A stretch of DNA of 64,000 nucleotides from Octopus sinensis. Taxonomy: Eukaryota. Under the pieces are notes generated by a model that made no database searches, was not told where the DNA came from, and saw only the letters and a list, made by a program, of their open reading frames with translations. Within the stretch, counting starts at the first letter, position 1; each line of letters opens with the position of its first letter. This document shows positions 25,001 to 42,189 of the stretch, one piece after another. Position numbers and translations under genes: made by a program. The stretch lies in the NCBI RefSeq assembly GCF_006345805.1, contig NC_043005.1, positions 59,520,001 to 59,584,000 of the forward strand, in the 5' to 3' direction.

Positions 25001-25274
25001 AGGTTTGCTCAGCGACTCTTATTTCATAGAATCACTGCTTAATATGAAAAACGAGAAGGTCAATTATTATCAACAGTTTGTTTCAATGCCCCCACGAAGC
25101 AATGAAATCCGCTCTCAAGCAGTGGCGACATCGCCATATCACGAGGTCGTGAAGAGCACAAAGCGAGATCATGTGGATGGAGAAATCGTAAAGAACCACG
25201 AGTCAAAAGATTTCCGAGACAAAGACACACCAGAGAAGCCACCACATGATTTGGCAAGAAGTTATACTACACCA
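25001..25274 (+). CDS. Candidate host exon (274 nt, phase 2/0): GLLSDSYFIESLLNMKNEKVNYYQQFVSMPPRSNEIRSQAVATSPYHEVVKSTKRDHVDGEIVKNHESKDFRDKDTPEKPPHDLARSYTTP
   Basis: TTCTATTTTCTAG acceptor, CCA|GTGAGT donor, open frame, non-repetitive composition richer in GC than the flanks; product unknown. Confidence 0.6.
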
Positions 25275-25461
25275 GTGAGTAAATTCTTTCTTTCAATTAC
25301 GTACTAGTCTCATACACATGCACACATGAGCCACCCCCAAATTTACATACATACTCGCACACAGCCACATATATCAAACGATCATAAATAAAGCTCGAGA
25401 ATCTGTTTCTTCCATCGATCGCAATGTCTGAAGAGAGACCGGTTTGTATATTTAGAATACA

Positions 25462-25849
25462 CTAGCAGTATCGCCCGGCGTTGCTCGGGTTTGTTTCGAC
25501 CCTTTAAAATTGGAATTTTTGAAAAGTAAAAATTTTGCATTATGTTAGCTTGTTATTCTCTTTAAGTGAACATTTTTCTGGTTGAAATACACCGAAAAAT
25601 GGCGACACAGCAGTCAAACAATCGTAAAAAGTAGGGATTTTCATAGAAAAAAAGCACCTTTTTGATGTAAATCATTTTTGGTCTTAATATGGTCCGATTT
25701 GAAGTTTTTCTTCTACGGAAGGAAGAGCAAGTCTTCTATCATAGTCTCAATTTTGGTCAACTTGCGCCGCAGGGTCTCGGAGGAGATAGTGTTAGTTGAA
25801 GGCTACCAAACCTGCCATACTCAGACAACTTCAGCTTTATATATATAGA
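25462..25849 (-). mobile_element. Complete non-autonomous Helitron (TC...hairpin-CTAG, inserted at A|T)
   Basis: Minus strand starts A|TCTATATATATAAAGCTGAAG and ends CCCGAGCAACGCCGGGCGATACTGCTAG|T; second copy at 41108-41480. Confidence 0.8.
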
Positions 25850-26149
25850 TTTTAAACAGACGAAATATGAAGTGTTTGCTTGTCATTCTAGCAATTAGAG
25901 TTCTTTCTTGTCAAATAATTACGGTATTATGGTAAATGTTTGGTGAGAGCGCGATTTGAACATTTTTTTTTATTTAGTTTATAATCGTAATCCACGAGAA
26001 AGAGAGAGAGAAAAAGAAAGAGACAGAGAGGAGAAACGAAAGAGAGGGCGAGAAAGAGAGAGGGAGGTGGAGAAAGAGAGACAGAAAGGGAGAGGAAGAA
26101 AAAGTTTCACTGGCAAACAAAAATACATAAACCTCACTACTTCACTGGT

Positions 26150-26153
26150 ACTC

Positions 26154-26229
<76 letters not shown>

Positions 26230-26655
26230 ATTATTATTATTATTGAGTGAGAGAGTAGTGTATGCCATCAAAGTGACTCTGGGGTAAAATATACGAAGTT
26301 ATCATTTCACATATACGAAGCCCAGTATACCCTTCATGACTACTCGTCTGATAATGGTACACCAGGCACATGCATCACAACCAAAAGTGCGCGACATGGT
26401 GATCGTATATCAAGATAAACAACGCATGACCTTTCAGGTGGGGCCCAGTTGGAATTTTCTTCTGGACGAGTAGCCCATCTTGCCCAAAAGGTCCCTGAAT
26501 AAGGATTGTTTAAGGATGTTGAACAAATCACCGATGTTTCCATGGAGAGAGAGAGAGGTGTGTGTTGATGTGTGTGTGTGTGTGTGAGGGAGAGCGTGAC
26601 AGCGTACATTTTAAAAGTTACTTTTCCTCGCATCTTTTTTGAGTGAGTGACTGAC

Positions 26656-26709
<54 letters not shown>

Positions 26710-27618
26710 TGATAGCGTTACGCCTTTCTCTCTTTCTCTCTCTCAGTTAAACACACACTAAAAAGTGATGCGAGAAAAAGTAATAAATTAAATTTACGCT
26801 CCCCCTCTCTGTCTCTCTGTCTCACACACACTTTCTTTCTCTCTTTCCGATAACACACACATCTCTCTCTCAGTCAATCACTCACACACTCACTCAAAAA
26901 AGATGCGACCAAAAAAAAATTAAAAAACGTACGCTGTTACTCTTTCTCTCAGACACACAATCACAGCGTACATTTATAAAATTTGTTTCTCCTGCATCTT
27001 TTTTGTGTGTGTTGTCGAAAAGAGAGAGAGGGTGAAGTGTGTGTTGCAGTATGTGTGTGGGAGAGAGAGAGAGAGTGAGATAGCGTAAATTTTATTTTAC
27101 TTTTTGTCGCGTCTTTTTAGTGTGTTTGAGGAGAGAGTGAGAGAGAGAGAGAGAGAGAAAGGGCGTTACGCTATTACTCTTCTTCAGTCAATCCCTAAAA
27201 AAAAGATACAACGAAAAATAAATTTTTAAAATGTACGCTGTCACTCTCTGTCCCTCTACCTCACCCACCCACCCAAACGCATACAAATCAACACACAGCT
27301 TCACTTCACCTTTGCAAGAAGGGAACTTAACACATGTTAGCAAACTTACATATTTCACCGACGTTTAAAATTGGTAAAAGTTATGGTTGAAAATCGATTT
27401 TTACCGCTATTCGCGCGTCTCGGGAAAAAATAGGTTGACAAAAGCACAGCCATGGTCGTGACCAATGTCCTCCTAAAATTGGAGCGACTCGCGTGCTAAT
27501 TTGTGAACGTACATATATTACATTCACGTACACGCACACGCGCACATCCTGCCTTTTATAGATTATTATTATTATTGTTGTTATTATTATTATCATTATT
27601 ATTATTATATTATTATTA

Positions 27619-27650
<32 letters not shown>

Positions 27651-28093
27651 ATTATTATTATTATTAATATTATTATTATTATTGAGTGAGAGAGTAGTGT
27701 ATGCCATCAAAGTGACTCTGGGGTAAAATATACGAAGTTATCATTTCACATATACGAAGCCCAGTATACCCTTCATGACTACTCGTCTGATAATGGTACA
27801 CCAGGCACATGCATCACAACCAAAAGTGCGCGACATGGTGATCGTATATCAAGATAAACAACGCATGACCTTTCAGGTGGGGCCCAGTTGGAATTTTCTT
27901 CTGGACGAGTAGCCCATCTTGCCCAAAAGGTCCCTGAATAAGGATTGTTTAAGGATGTTGAACAATCACCGATGTTTCCATGGAGAGAGAGAGAGGTGTG
28001 TGTTGATGTGTGTGTGTGTGTGTGAGGGAGAGCGTGACAGCGTACATTTTAAAAGTTACTTTTCCTCGCATCTTTTTTGAGTGAGTGACTGAC

Positions 28094-28146
<53 letters not shown>

Positions 28147-29035
28147 TGATAGCGTTACGCCTTTCTCTCTTTCTCTCTCTCAGTTAAACACACACTAAAA
28201 AGTGATGCGAGAAAAAGTAAATAAATTAAATTTACGCTCCCCCTCTCTGTCTCTCTGTCTCACACACACTTTCTTTCTCTCTTTCCGATAACACACACAT
28301 CTCTCTCTCAGTCAATCACTCACACACTCACTCAAAAAAGGATGCGACCAAAAATAAAATTAAAAAACGTACGCTGTTACTCTTTCTCTCAGACACACAA
28401 TCACAGCGTACATTTATAAAATTTGTTTCTCCTTGCATCTTTTTTTGTGTGTGTTGTCGAAAAGAGAGAGAGGGTGAAGTGTGTGTTGCAGTATGTGTGT
28501 GGGAGAGAGAGAGAGAGTGAGATAGCGTAAATTTTATTTTACTTTTTGTCGCGTCTTTTTTAGTGTGTTTGAGAGAGAGTGAGAGAGAGAGAGAGAGAGA
28601 AAGGGCGTTACGCTATTACTCTTCTTTCAGTCAATCCCTAAAAAAAAGATACAACGAAAAATAAATTTTTAAAATGTACGCTGTCACTCTCTGTCCCTCT
28701 ACCTCACCCACCCACCCAAACGCATACAAATCAACACACAGCTTCACTTCACCTTTGCAAGAAGGGAACTTAACACATGTTAGCAAACTTACATATTTCA
28801 CCGACGTTTAAAATTGGTAAAAGTTATGGTTGAAAATCGATTTTTACCGCTATTCGCGCGTCTCGGGAAAAAATAGGTTGACAAAAGCACAGCCATGGTC
28901 GTGACCAATGTCCTCCTAAAATTGGAGCGACTCGCGTGCTAATTTGTGAACGTACATATATTACATTCACGTACACGCACACGCGCACATCCTGCCTTTT
29001 ATAGATTATTATTATTATTGTTGTTATTATTATTA

Positions 29036-29099
<64 letters not shown>

Positions 29100-29130
29100 C
29101 ATTATTATTATTATTTTATTATTATTATTA
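26150..29130. repeat. Near-identical tandem duplication, period ~1.44 kb, bounded by (TTA)n
   Basis: 26245-27562 is repeated at 27684-29005; differences seen are almost all 1-nt indels. Confidence 0.95.
26545..27562 (-). mobile_element. Probable Helitron 5' portion with internal inverted GA/CT-rich repeats (duplicated at ~27985-29005)
   Basis: Minus-strand start A|TCTATAAAAGGCAGGATG is similar to A|TCTCTTATTATAAAAGGCAG at 42642; no CTAG end found. Confidence 0.45.
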
Positions 29131-29134
29131 TATG

Positions 29135-29960
29135 AAATCTCACAACTTATATTGCTGTGTATGGTAGAAAGTGCCAGCCGTCTACAGCCAGCAGACTAGG
29201 TAACACTTGTTTACTGGTCATGCTTTAAGAACCCTTCGAAGAATTCTTTTACTTCCAAACAATGCTGATTTTTGTAGGTGTTCTACCTTCACACTTGCAC
29301 TGATATTTTTCAGTCAAGCTGGTTGTTGAGTGCTGATACTTCCAAGTGCACCAATTAATATTGGTACCTCGTCTACTCTCTTCATTGACCACATCCTCCG
29401 TATATCCCACTTTAAATCGTAATAGTTGTTTATTTATTATTCTTCTTTCACATTGAACCTGTTGTCACCGTGACATGCTATGTCGATAGTCATACGTTAT
29501 TTCTTTTTTATTCACCACAACCATGTCCGGTGATTGCACTGGACCTTTAAATCCCAGAGGATTTTGCAGTTCTCATTTTCAGTGACTCCTTTTGGGGTTT
29601 ATTCATACCACAACTTTCCGGTAGGCCGTGATTTCGATAGAACTCCCAATGGATCATACTTACCATATTATCATGGCGCCGTTTGTGTTCGCATTGTACC
29701 AATTTCGGACATTCGCTAATGATATGCCATAGCGTTTCATCTTTCTCAACACACATTCTGAATTTGTCACTATCAGTGGTGTTATCATTTCTGCACTTCA
29801 TGTAATTGGTCTTTAACGCCTGTTCCATATGAATGCTTCTGTCTCTATCTTCATGTTACTTCTCCTCATCCATAGGCAGTGGTCCTCTGTATCTGTCTTG
29901 GCGTTCATATCTCTTGCAAACGGACCTTACATTTTTTCCTTACATGCCTTTTCTTTTTTC
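29135..29960 (-). mobile_element. R4/Dong-clade 3' fragment (zinc knuckle and RLE)
   Basis: CVEKDETLWHIISECPKLVQCEHKRRHDN; YDLKWDIRRMWSMKRVDEVPILIGALG; HLQKSALFGSKRILRRVLKA; 3' end abuts (TTA)n. Confidence 0.85.
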
Positions 29961-29989
29961 TGTTCCTTTCTTGTTATTATAATTATTGT

Positions 29990-31030
29990 TATTTGCATCT
30001 TTGTTACAGTCACTTGCCGAGACACACCCAGTGTCCAAGGGCGAGTGAAGTGTAAGATGTGTTATAATATGAATGAAAGCTTGGGGGAGGGAAGGTAATG
30101 GAGTATCTTCATGTAATACAACGTAGATATTTAAATGAATAGGGTTTTTCTAAGGATGTAGGCAGTATTTGCCACCATAATCTTTTGAATTTCTCAGGGC
30201 TCTCCTGAGATATGATTTAGATGTTTCTGACATACCTGTTTTTATCATACCTAAGTCGCCTACAATAACAGCAACAGTTCTCGTTTTAAGATGCCACATC
30301 TTAAATATAAGTTCCTTATATTTATTTAGACTGTCAAATTACTTGACAGATATATCAGATATATTTTTACTAGTGGGAACACTTACATCTATGTTAGTGT
30401 ACAAGTATTTTCTTCCCTGCCTTTAATGATTATGTTTAGTCGCTTAACCGGGATCGTTCTGTCAGTGTTGACTGGAAAATCCCAGAGGATAGTGACATTT
30501 TTACCTTCAACGACTGGCTCAGGATGGTGTCCGTACCAGTAAGTAGGAGTGCTGATTTTGTAGTGTTTCCATACTTTCCAATGTAAATACTGTTGTACCC
30601 TGTCGTGGCGATTTTCATATTCGTTTGGTGTCAGCACAGGAAATCCCGAGACGATATGGTGTATTGTTTCGTTAAACGTACCGCAGAATCTGCATTTAGG
30701 GTCAAAACAGTTTCCAAGAAAGGTAGCCTGCTAGTTTTTTTTGTGGGCAAGCTTTGGTCTTATGCGACCAATATGAAACCTTCATTCTCTGCTTTCAGTC
30801 CTGAACTTATCAACAACTGATAGGTTGTTGCTTGATGTACATCAGCATTCCGACTTCGTAGTATATGCTGTCCATGCAGAGGCTTCTGTCTCCAGCGCTT
30901 CTCAATTTGTTCCTGACCGCTCTTTTTTGCAGTTTGCTTGATCCATTTTGGTTGTTTTGTGACAGTGTATATCAGGTTCTTCAGCTATTTTAAAGTTAAT
31001 ACCAAGTTTCGTTGCGATTTGCAAGCTTCT
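29990..31030 (-). mobile_element. Second, distinct R4/Dong-clade 3' fragment
   Basis: NEYENRHDRVQQYLHWKV...ILWDFPVNTDRTI...TCTL; flanked by a short AAT/AAC tail (29970-30000) and (TTG/TTA)n (31035-31150). Confidence 0.85.
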
Positions 31031-32905
31031 TGACAATCGAATGTGATTTTTGCTTATTATTATTGTTGTTGTTGTTGTATTTATTATTGTTGTTGTTGTT
31101 GTTGTTATTGTTATTGTTGTTGTTGTTGTTATTATTTTTATTAGTAGTTGTAGTAGTAAGTCTCATAGGATTGTTTAGGTCATCTGTTACTGGTCTCTAA
31201 TATGTCATAGATAAAACACAGTCGCTGCTCGTAAAAATGATAATGTTAGAAGAAAAACGTAGACCAGGCAGCTGACGTTAAATTTTTTCTGGGACCGAAC
31301 AGTAGAAAGTGGTGTTGTAGATATCCGTCAAGTGGCCTTGTGTATGAGTAGTTAAACTACCCTATAGGTACATAAATGTTGACGTGGTGAGAAAGAGTCA
31401 CGTTGGCAGATAATCGTAATGTAGCTGGAGTGTGATAGGCAAGGTGAAGTGAAAAGAAGGTGAGTTGAAATCGAAAGAAGTTGACTCCACAGAGAGGGAG
31501 ACATCGTGTGATGGATGTTGCCATCACTCTTATAAATTAAGGAAAATGCATTTCTCAGCTTTTAATTATAATAAAACTTTTTAAACAATACATAATTCGA
31601 AATTTCATAACTATTTCTATTTAAATGTGCGAATCTGTTGGAGCGAAATTTCACCTCAGGAGAAGTGCTATTACTTTGGAAATAGGCCTAATTTTTTAAA
31701 AAATTGATTTTACCTCAGCTAAATAACTAATGAGCAGGACTGCATGAAATAATTAATGTAGGTCTCATAGAATTTCTAAACCATTTTTAAATCGAGGAAC
31801 AGGAATAAATTCTGTGTAGCAAATAACTAGTTTTCCATCAACTGCAGTTAGATCATGTGATGGTAAGCAGATTTAAAGGGGCGAATAACAGAATTGATTT
31901 TAATTCAGATAATAAATGGTTAGATATTGTCATTTTGGTGGAATTTGAACACTGATGTCCTCTAACTTTAGAGAAAAATTTTCAAATTAAATAAATTTCG
32001 AAAGGTACATTTTGAATAACCACGTATATCATAATTTATTACTTCTTTCACTCTACAAATTTGGAAATATAAATATTCAGAAATACTCGTAATATTCGTC
32101 CTGTTATTGTATCAGAGTATTTCATGTTTCGCTTACTACTGAAAACTTTGAACAATTACAGCACGTCAGTTTGCCTTTAAGAGACACGTGAATTAGTTGA
32201 AATTTCATTTCTAATTCTCATTAGACCTCTACGGTGATAGTTCATAGTGCAAATACATTTCTGATCCATCATGAAGTAATAAATGGCACTATTAATGGAA
32301 TATAATCTGGTTAACACAGGATCACGCATTTTAGGCTGTAAAGATTTTATAATTTATCCAGAAACAAATAATTCAATTTAATAAATTGTAATAAATTCTA
32401 AATAGGAAATTTAAATTTGTGGTTATGAATTTTATGTTTTGCTCGTTTTACAAATCCTCAGTGTAAATAACGTCTGTATTGCGGCTATTGTAGTAGCATA
32501 GTTTAAGGTATAGCAGTTGTTTTCGTATTTGGCCAGTGACTATGTAAGAAACTTGCGTCTCTATTGAGTTTTTATATTGATTAAAGATCATAGATAGCTG
32601 TTATATTGAGTTTTCATTTTTCCTCAATAGTCTCGCAGTTATACGCTATTTGTTTGAGACGCTTTTATTGTCACTGTCAGATATAGACACTGTGTTGGCC
32701 CTGTCAGTACAGACGCACCGAAATGTCGAAGAGAAGAGAGCTGGAAGTAGAGAAAGTTACGCCAGTACTCATCTGATAAACATTTCCAGGGAATTAAACT
32801 GGACCAATATGCAATGAAGCTGAAGGTAACAACTGAATTGAGACGGACACTTATGACCTCAAGGTCAACATTCTCACCACTATGTCATACCTTTTTTACA
32901 GTACT

Positions 32906-35930
<3,025 letters not shown>

Positions 35931-36845
35931 ATATCTATCTATCTATCTAATAGATAGATATCTATCTATTAGATATATCTTAACAGTCGAGTCTACAAAA
36001 TGTTTCGTCATCCTTGTGTCACCTAATCACTGATTAAGTTCAACCGTATCTGTGTATATGATGTCAGATGACTTTTGGTAAATAAACCATCTAACATTAA
36101 TCACATTTTATAAGATTCATGCTTTGCACAGTGCACTGTTATTAAGGTTATGCTCCTACGAGATATCGCTGCAATTGCAATGTTCTACAAAATGCATTGG
36201 TAATCATAGCTCATCTAATCTCATGATTATGCTACCATTGTATTATAAACGAAAACACTGGATGAAGGGAAACAACTTAATATTTGCCAATACCCGTTTA
36301 TAGCGGATGTTTTTACACAAAATATCATCCTACTTCAGATATTAACTGTTGTAATCATCGTCATCATCATCAGCATTCGCATTATAATCTACGCAGTCGT
36401 TGCCGTCGTGGTAGTAGTCGTGTTGCTTAATATTCATTCTGTTTGGAGTGTATTCATTCTTTCTCTCTGTCATGTTTTTTTCTCTGAGTAGACATTTAGA
36501 AGTGTAGTAGTAGTAGTAGTAATGAAGTGAATCGTCGCCGACCAGATTAGATAGTGTTATTCTTTTTTTTTTTAAAATAAGGTTTTATAGTTAGGTGATG
36601 AAAGTAAAAACAGATGAAAGAACCCGTCACAAAACAAAAAAAGTAATTGAAAACTGCGACTGTAAAATGGTTTTTATTGGTTTAGAAATGGTAGTCAGGT
36701 TGCTGTAGAGACAAAAACAGAAAACTTTATTCAAAGTGCATTTCATTTGTCCCTTCGCTGTATTTCTCTTTTATAAAAATAATGTAATGTGCGGATGTTC
36801 TGTGACAAAGCGACGCGTTCAGGCTCATGTGTGTATATATACGCA

Positions 36846-36847
<2 letters not shown>

Positions 36848-36939
<92 letters not shown>

Positions 36940-36960
36940 CTATCTATCTATCTAAGTAGC
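36848..36960. repeat. (TATC)n microsatellite with no insertion
   Basis: Direct reading. Confidence 0.95.
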
Positions 36961-37027
36961 TAGCTAGATACACATAAACATATATAAATGCTCTATAATA
37001 TACACACACATATATATCTGTATATAT

Positions 37028-37079
<52 letters not shown>

Positions 37080-39799
37080 TGAATGGGTACAGGACGTCGG
37101 ACAAGTAAACATAGAGAAAGGACCCGTCATCACTATCTACTCATGACTTCAAGCATTCAAGGACAATATGAATTTTCAAAGACGGTTGCTCCCATAAATT
37201 CTAAAATAAAATTTAGGATTTATGGAGCGTCAAGGTTGGGAACAAAAACATGACAGTGAAGATATACAAGGAAACCGAACAAAAATAGATATGGAGTGTC
37301 GTCAGACCTGAAAGAGAGGAAAATAGTGAACGGTGGGAGAAACACTTTTATTTTAAAGAGTAAATATAGAAGAGAGAGAATAAAACATACTTGACTTTTA
37401 CAGAAACAACTTTGTTTCTTTTCTGTGAGAAGATTCCTTTTGAATTTTTTTTTGTTTAGAACTTGTCTTCGCCTGCTTTTGTCAAGAACACCTCTGTGAA
37501 GTATATAAGTATTTATAGCAAAATACACGTCGGACTTTTAGCATATATATATTTATATATATAGCAGAATTTGCAAAGATAATCTGGGACTCGACTGAGA
37601 AAAGAAAACCCCGAATGACCCGTCCTTGTTTTCTTTGTATCGTCTATCTAGATGTTTTCTTGTCCCTTTTTTGTATCACATGTCTGGATGTTTTGCGTTC
37701 TTGTTCCATTTTGTATTTTTTTTTTATATATAATACAATATATATATATATTGTTTATGGAAACACTAACATTCTATCGGTTACGATGACAATGTTTCAA
37801 GTTGATACGATCAACTGAACGCGCAGCTCGTGAAACTAACATGCAAGTGAGATAGCTCCCTACTGACACGCGTACACTTAACGTATACCCAGCGAGATTC
37901 AGCGTGATATAGAATGTGACACGGCTCGTGCTATGAGTTACGGGTACAACTCATATTTTCCCGTTGAGTGGACTGAAGCAACGTGAATTAAAGTGACTTG
38001 CTCAAGAACACAACGCACCACTAGGAATCAAACTAACAACCTTAAGATCGTCAGCTAACTACCAAAACCACAAAACCATGTACCTTCACTTACATTTATA
38101 AGTGCTTACTAAATGCACCCTGCAGAAGTAACTTATGAAATATAAAATACCACATTGTTGGTAATACTTTCTTCTACTGCTAAACCAGAGTTCAAACAAC
38201 TACAATAAGTAAATCTGTCAACTTCTTTGACAGATTTGAATACACGTGTGAAGGTTAAAAAACATTTCGTACATCCTCTCTTTTCATTAGTTTTCTTTGA
38301 AAATCTGTGTTGTTAGATTAAGAACGGTTTCTATGTTGCGAAGAATTTATGCAGCATGCACTGATTTAAGTACCCTAGCCGATCATCTGGTTTGCCTTAA
38401 TGCATGATATCAGGTCTGTTCTTTTACAGCCTGAGCTTCTGGGCTATGTTTTCATTCCTAAAACGGGGGAACTTCTCAGTGATAGCACTACTGCTAGAAA
38501 TAGCTGACATGTCTCTTATGTATTTTTGTTTGAGTACGTCCCTGGATTTTAGAAACAAATTCAGAAATATTTATGGTCCTCGGGTTACATTGAAACACCA
38601 ATGATTAAAATCTTTCGACGCAATGTTAAAAGTTTAACGTGTATAATCTCTCATTACGTAATGAGAAGCCAGTGAGGAATTATCGCTAGAATATGTGGCG
38701 TGTAGATACAGTACACAACCATCTCATATGGTAATAATTCAGAGTCAAAACCCCATCATCCCACGAAGTCACATGGTTGTAATTTCAGTAATACAGCCAT
38801 TTTTCGATTGGTTCTTTGATTTAATATATATTTTTACTTAGGATACATTCATTTAGATATGCCATTTCTTATTTAAAATTGATTTTAACGCTCATCTATT
38901 TGTCACATATAATATCCAGTTTGCTGTTGTTGCTTGTGGCGATGATTAATACCAGCGCAATGACATTCCAGAAGAGCTATGATCAAATGAATTCCATTAA
39001 CGATCATCTCATCATTCCAGTTTTCTTATGGATTTATCTATGACTGTATATGTATATTCAATATCCTTTTTTTGATAAAACACTAGGATAGTGTTTATTG
39101 ATGGGCATTTGGCTGCTGTTTCTAGTTGGTTACCGGTGCTATTTCTAGTTCCATTGAGAATTTTTTTGTGTCAGTAACGAAAGTATAAGATGTGCATTCA
39201 ACCAAAAATATATACTTGGACGAAATTTAGACAAAAGATAAAATATAGCAAAGCACAAACATAATGATAAACTTGTACAAAACTCCCATAGACTCACGAT
39301 GCTCAGTAAACACAGAAAAACAAATATGAAATAGAATAAAGGAATAACTACAAAAACATAAACGATATGAATGTTAACTAGAGTAACAAATACACAATAA
39401 CCTTATTCACTGTTTAGGAAATCAATGGAAGAAAATAAATCAAAATACCTCAAAATATGACACAACAAAAGGAGAGGAAACCGGTTGGTTGGGGAGGGTG
39501 AAGTTTAAGTTGCTTTTATTTTTCGCGAACCAACTGATGATTCTTCGTAGAATCCCAATAATCATTATGCTCTACATGAATCTGAAGAGTTGTATAATAA
39601 TCTATATTCAAGAATGTCTTATTTCTTTCGCTCCAGAGAGTCCTTTTCTCACCATCTTTATATTGTTCTTCAGAATAGAGAAATCTGTGTTTTGTCTTCT
39701 CCTTTCTTCGTCGTCTTTTACTTCTGTGTTTTATTCGTGTGTTTTCAGGGACCTTTGAAAGCTATGATTTCCACAACTATATAAATGCATTTTAAATGA

Positions 39800-39955
39800 T
39801 ATACATACATGCATACATATATCTATATATGTTTGTGTGCGCATACACGTCTGTATGTATATATACACATGCAGACTTATACATTTATGTATTATTATAT
39901 ATATCACGTATGTGACATATACATATATATGTATATATATACATATATCTATATC

Positions 39956-39992
<37 letters not shown>

Positions 39993-40022
39993 TTATATAT
40001 GTATATAAATTTATATATTTAT

Positions 40023-40095
<73 letters not shown>

Positions 40096-40875
40096 TACAT
40101 ATATATGCATATATACATACATCTACTTTTTATGTGTGTCTTGTTGCAAGGAATTGGTGGTTGAATAGCTTTTATATCAAATTCAATATCGTAAGTTATA
40201 TGCTATTATAGCTAACATGTTTTCTCTTTGCGATTTTTCTATCATCACTCTTTCGTATCAAACTCATTCATTCTTTCTATTTCTATAGCAAATACTAATA
40301 AAAATAATTTTGAGATAAAAACCAAAACAGTCGGTAACCAAATACAATTAAAGGAAATTAAAAAAAATAACATACAAAGAATGCAAAAGATGTCTAGTAG
40401 AATAATGCTATAATCTTTTCAGGAAATGAAACAATTGTGAACAATTCATATCTTTTGATATATGTAGTTACGATAAAGAATTATTTGCATTATACCTTGT
40501 AACGAACAATTATCTAATGTACATCGGAATATTCTCTAATTTATAACATTGAGACAGACATGAAAGCTTTTTTATATACTTTGTTTTCATGGAATTAACT
40601 TTATATCAAAGACGCAGACGTCTTTTCAAGTTTAAAATGTTTCTTTCTGAATGAAGTTTAAAAAAAAACAAACATCTGATCGTTATGTTTTCTTTTGTTG
40701 TTGTTGGGTAGCCGTCGGTCAGTCCTGTTCTAACATACCTAAAGATTAAAGAAAGTTCGACCATGTACACCTCTATATCCCTGTCATTTTTCACTTATTT
40801 TTTGTTTGTGTGGTTGTGTTCAGACATAATCTATATATTTATATATATGTATATAAATATATATATTTATATATA

Positions 40876-40964
<89 letters not shown>

Positions 40965-41075
40965 TACATACATATAAATGCATATATACATACACCTACT
41001 TTTATGTGTGTCTAGTTGCAAGGAGTTGGTGCTTGAATTGCTTTTATATAAAATTCAATACGTAATGTATCTAAA
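39800..41075. repeat. Diverged direct duplication (~870-bp period) of (TA)n plus a ~110-bp unique segment
   Basis: 40090-40200 CTACTTTTTATGTGTGTCTTGTTGCAAGGAATTGGTGG vs 40960-41070 CTACTTTTATGTGTGTCTAGTTGCAAGGAGTTGGTGC. Confidence 0.75.
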
Positions 41076-41107
41076 ATTGCATGATGAAATGTGTCTTTTA
41101 TTAGAGA

Positions 41108-41861
41108 CTAGCAGTATCGCCCGGCGTTGCTCGGGTTTGTTTCGACACATTAGAATTGGAATTTTTAAAAATTATGTAGCTTGTTATTCTCTTTAAGTGA
41201 ACATTTTTCTGGTTGAAATACACCGAAAAATGGCGACACAGCAGTCACAAAATCGTAAAAAATAAGGATTTTCATAGAAAAAAAGCACCTTTTTGATGTA
41301 AATAAATTTTGGTCTTAACATGGTTCGATTTGAATTTATTTTCTACGGAAGGAAGAGCAAACCTTCTGCTATCATACTCTCAATTTTGGTCAACTTGCGC
41401 CGCAGGGTCTCGGAGGAGATAGTGTTAGTTGAAGGCTACCAAACCTGCCATAAACAGACAACTTCAGCTTTATATATATACTAGCAGTATCGCTCGGGTT
41501 GTAAGGGAAATAACTATATAAGCATTTTTAGAGAGTTATAGCCAAAAAATAGCAAAAAAATGCATTAAAAATTGAAAGAAAATTAAGGTAATTTTTTTTT
41601 TAAATCGTTGACACGTAGATATTTTTAGAGAGTTACTTCCCTTATATAAAAGCGAAAAAATGCATTAAAATGGAAAAATATGATGGTAAATTTTTTTAAA
41701 ATCGTAGACTCATCGTAGACGCGCGCTAATACCCAGAAGGGCTCGATATGAATCACGACTATAAGATACCCGCTTTTGGTTAAACTGCACCGCAAAATGT
41801 GGGAGTAGTTACGAATCTAAATCGTAGGAGACAGACACACAACTTCACTCTTATATAAAGA
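41108..41861 (-). mobile_element. Two tandem non-autonomous Helitrons (41108-41480 and 41481-41861)
   Basis: Both show CTAGCAGTATCG...CGGG on the + strand; first is the same family as 25462-25849; second ends ...CAACTTCACTCTTATATAAAGAT. Confidence 0.75.
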
Positions 41862-41864
41862 TGC

Positions 41865-42187
41865 TTTTTTTTTTCAGTCATAGAGTTAGATTTATGAAGG
41901 TCTTCAGTAGAAAATCCTTCGAATTCTGACTCGCTGTTTGATATAATGAAATTCGTATCCATTTTTTGTCAGAATTACAAATTTTGAAAACACAATAGGA
42001 ACAAATTTCGGAAAAAAATCTCCCATAATTCACGGAATTAAAATTACACTTCGATTTTTGTACAAAACTGTATTTGAAGTGTTTACGAAGTATAATACGT
42101 GTTTTCACGAATGTACTAAAGAGATTTACTCTGATATTCTCATTTAAATATGAATAGGTAAATTCGGGCGGTTTGGTAACGAAAGGG
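41865..42187 (-). mobile_element. piggyBac-like 5' fragment
   Basis: Minus-strand start TAAA|CCCTTTCGTTACC and acidic N-terminal peptide SNSESEFEGFSTEDL. Confidence 0.4.
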
Positions 42188-42189
42188 TT

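Noticed and set aside
35985-36075. Minus-strand GTCATC...GATGAC-GAAAC-ATTTT-GTA-GACT as a hammerhead
   Set aside because: No CUGANGA upstream of the putative stem II
37784-37831. Minus-strand hairpin plus GAAAC-AUU-GUC as a hammerhead
   Set aside because: The core is unrecognisable (CUGCGCGUUC); it may be a very decayed copy but cannot be supported
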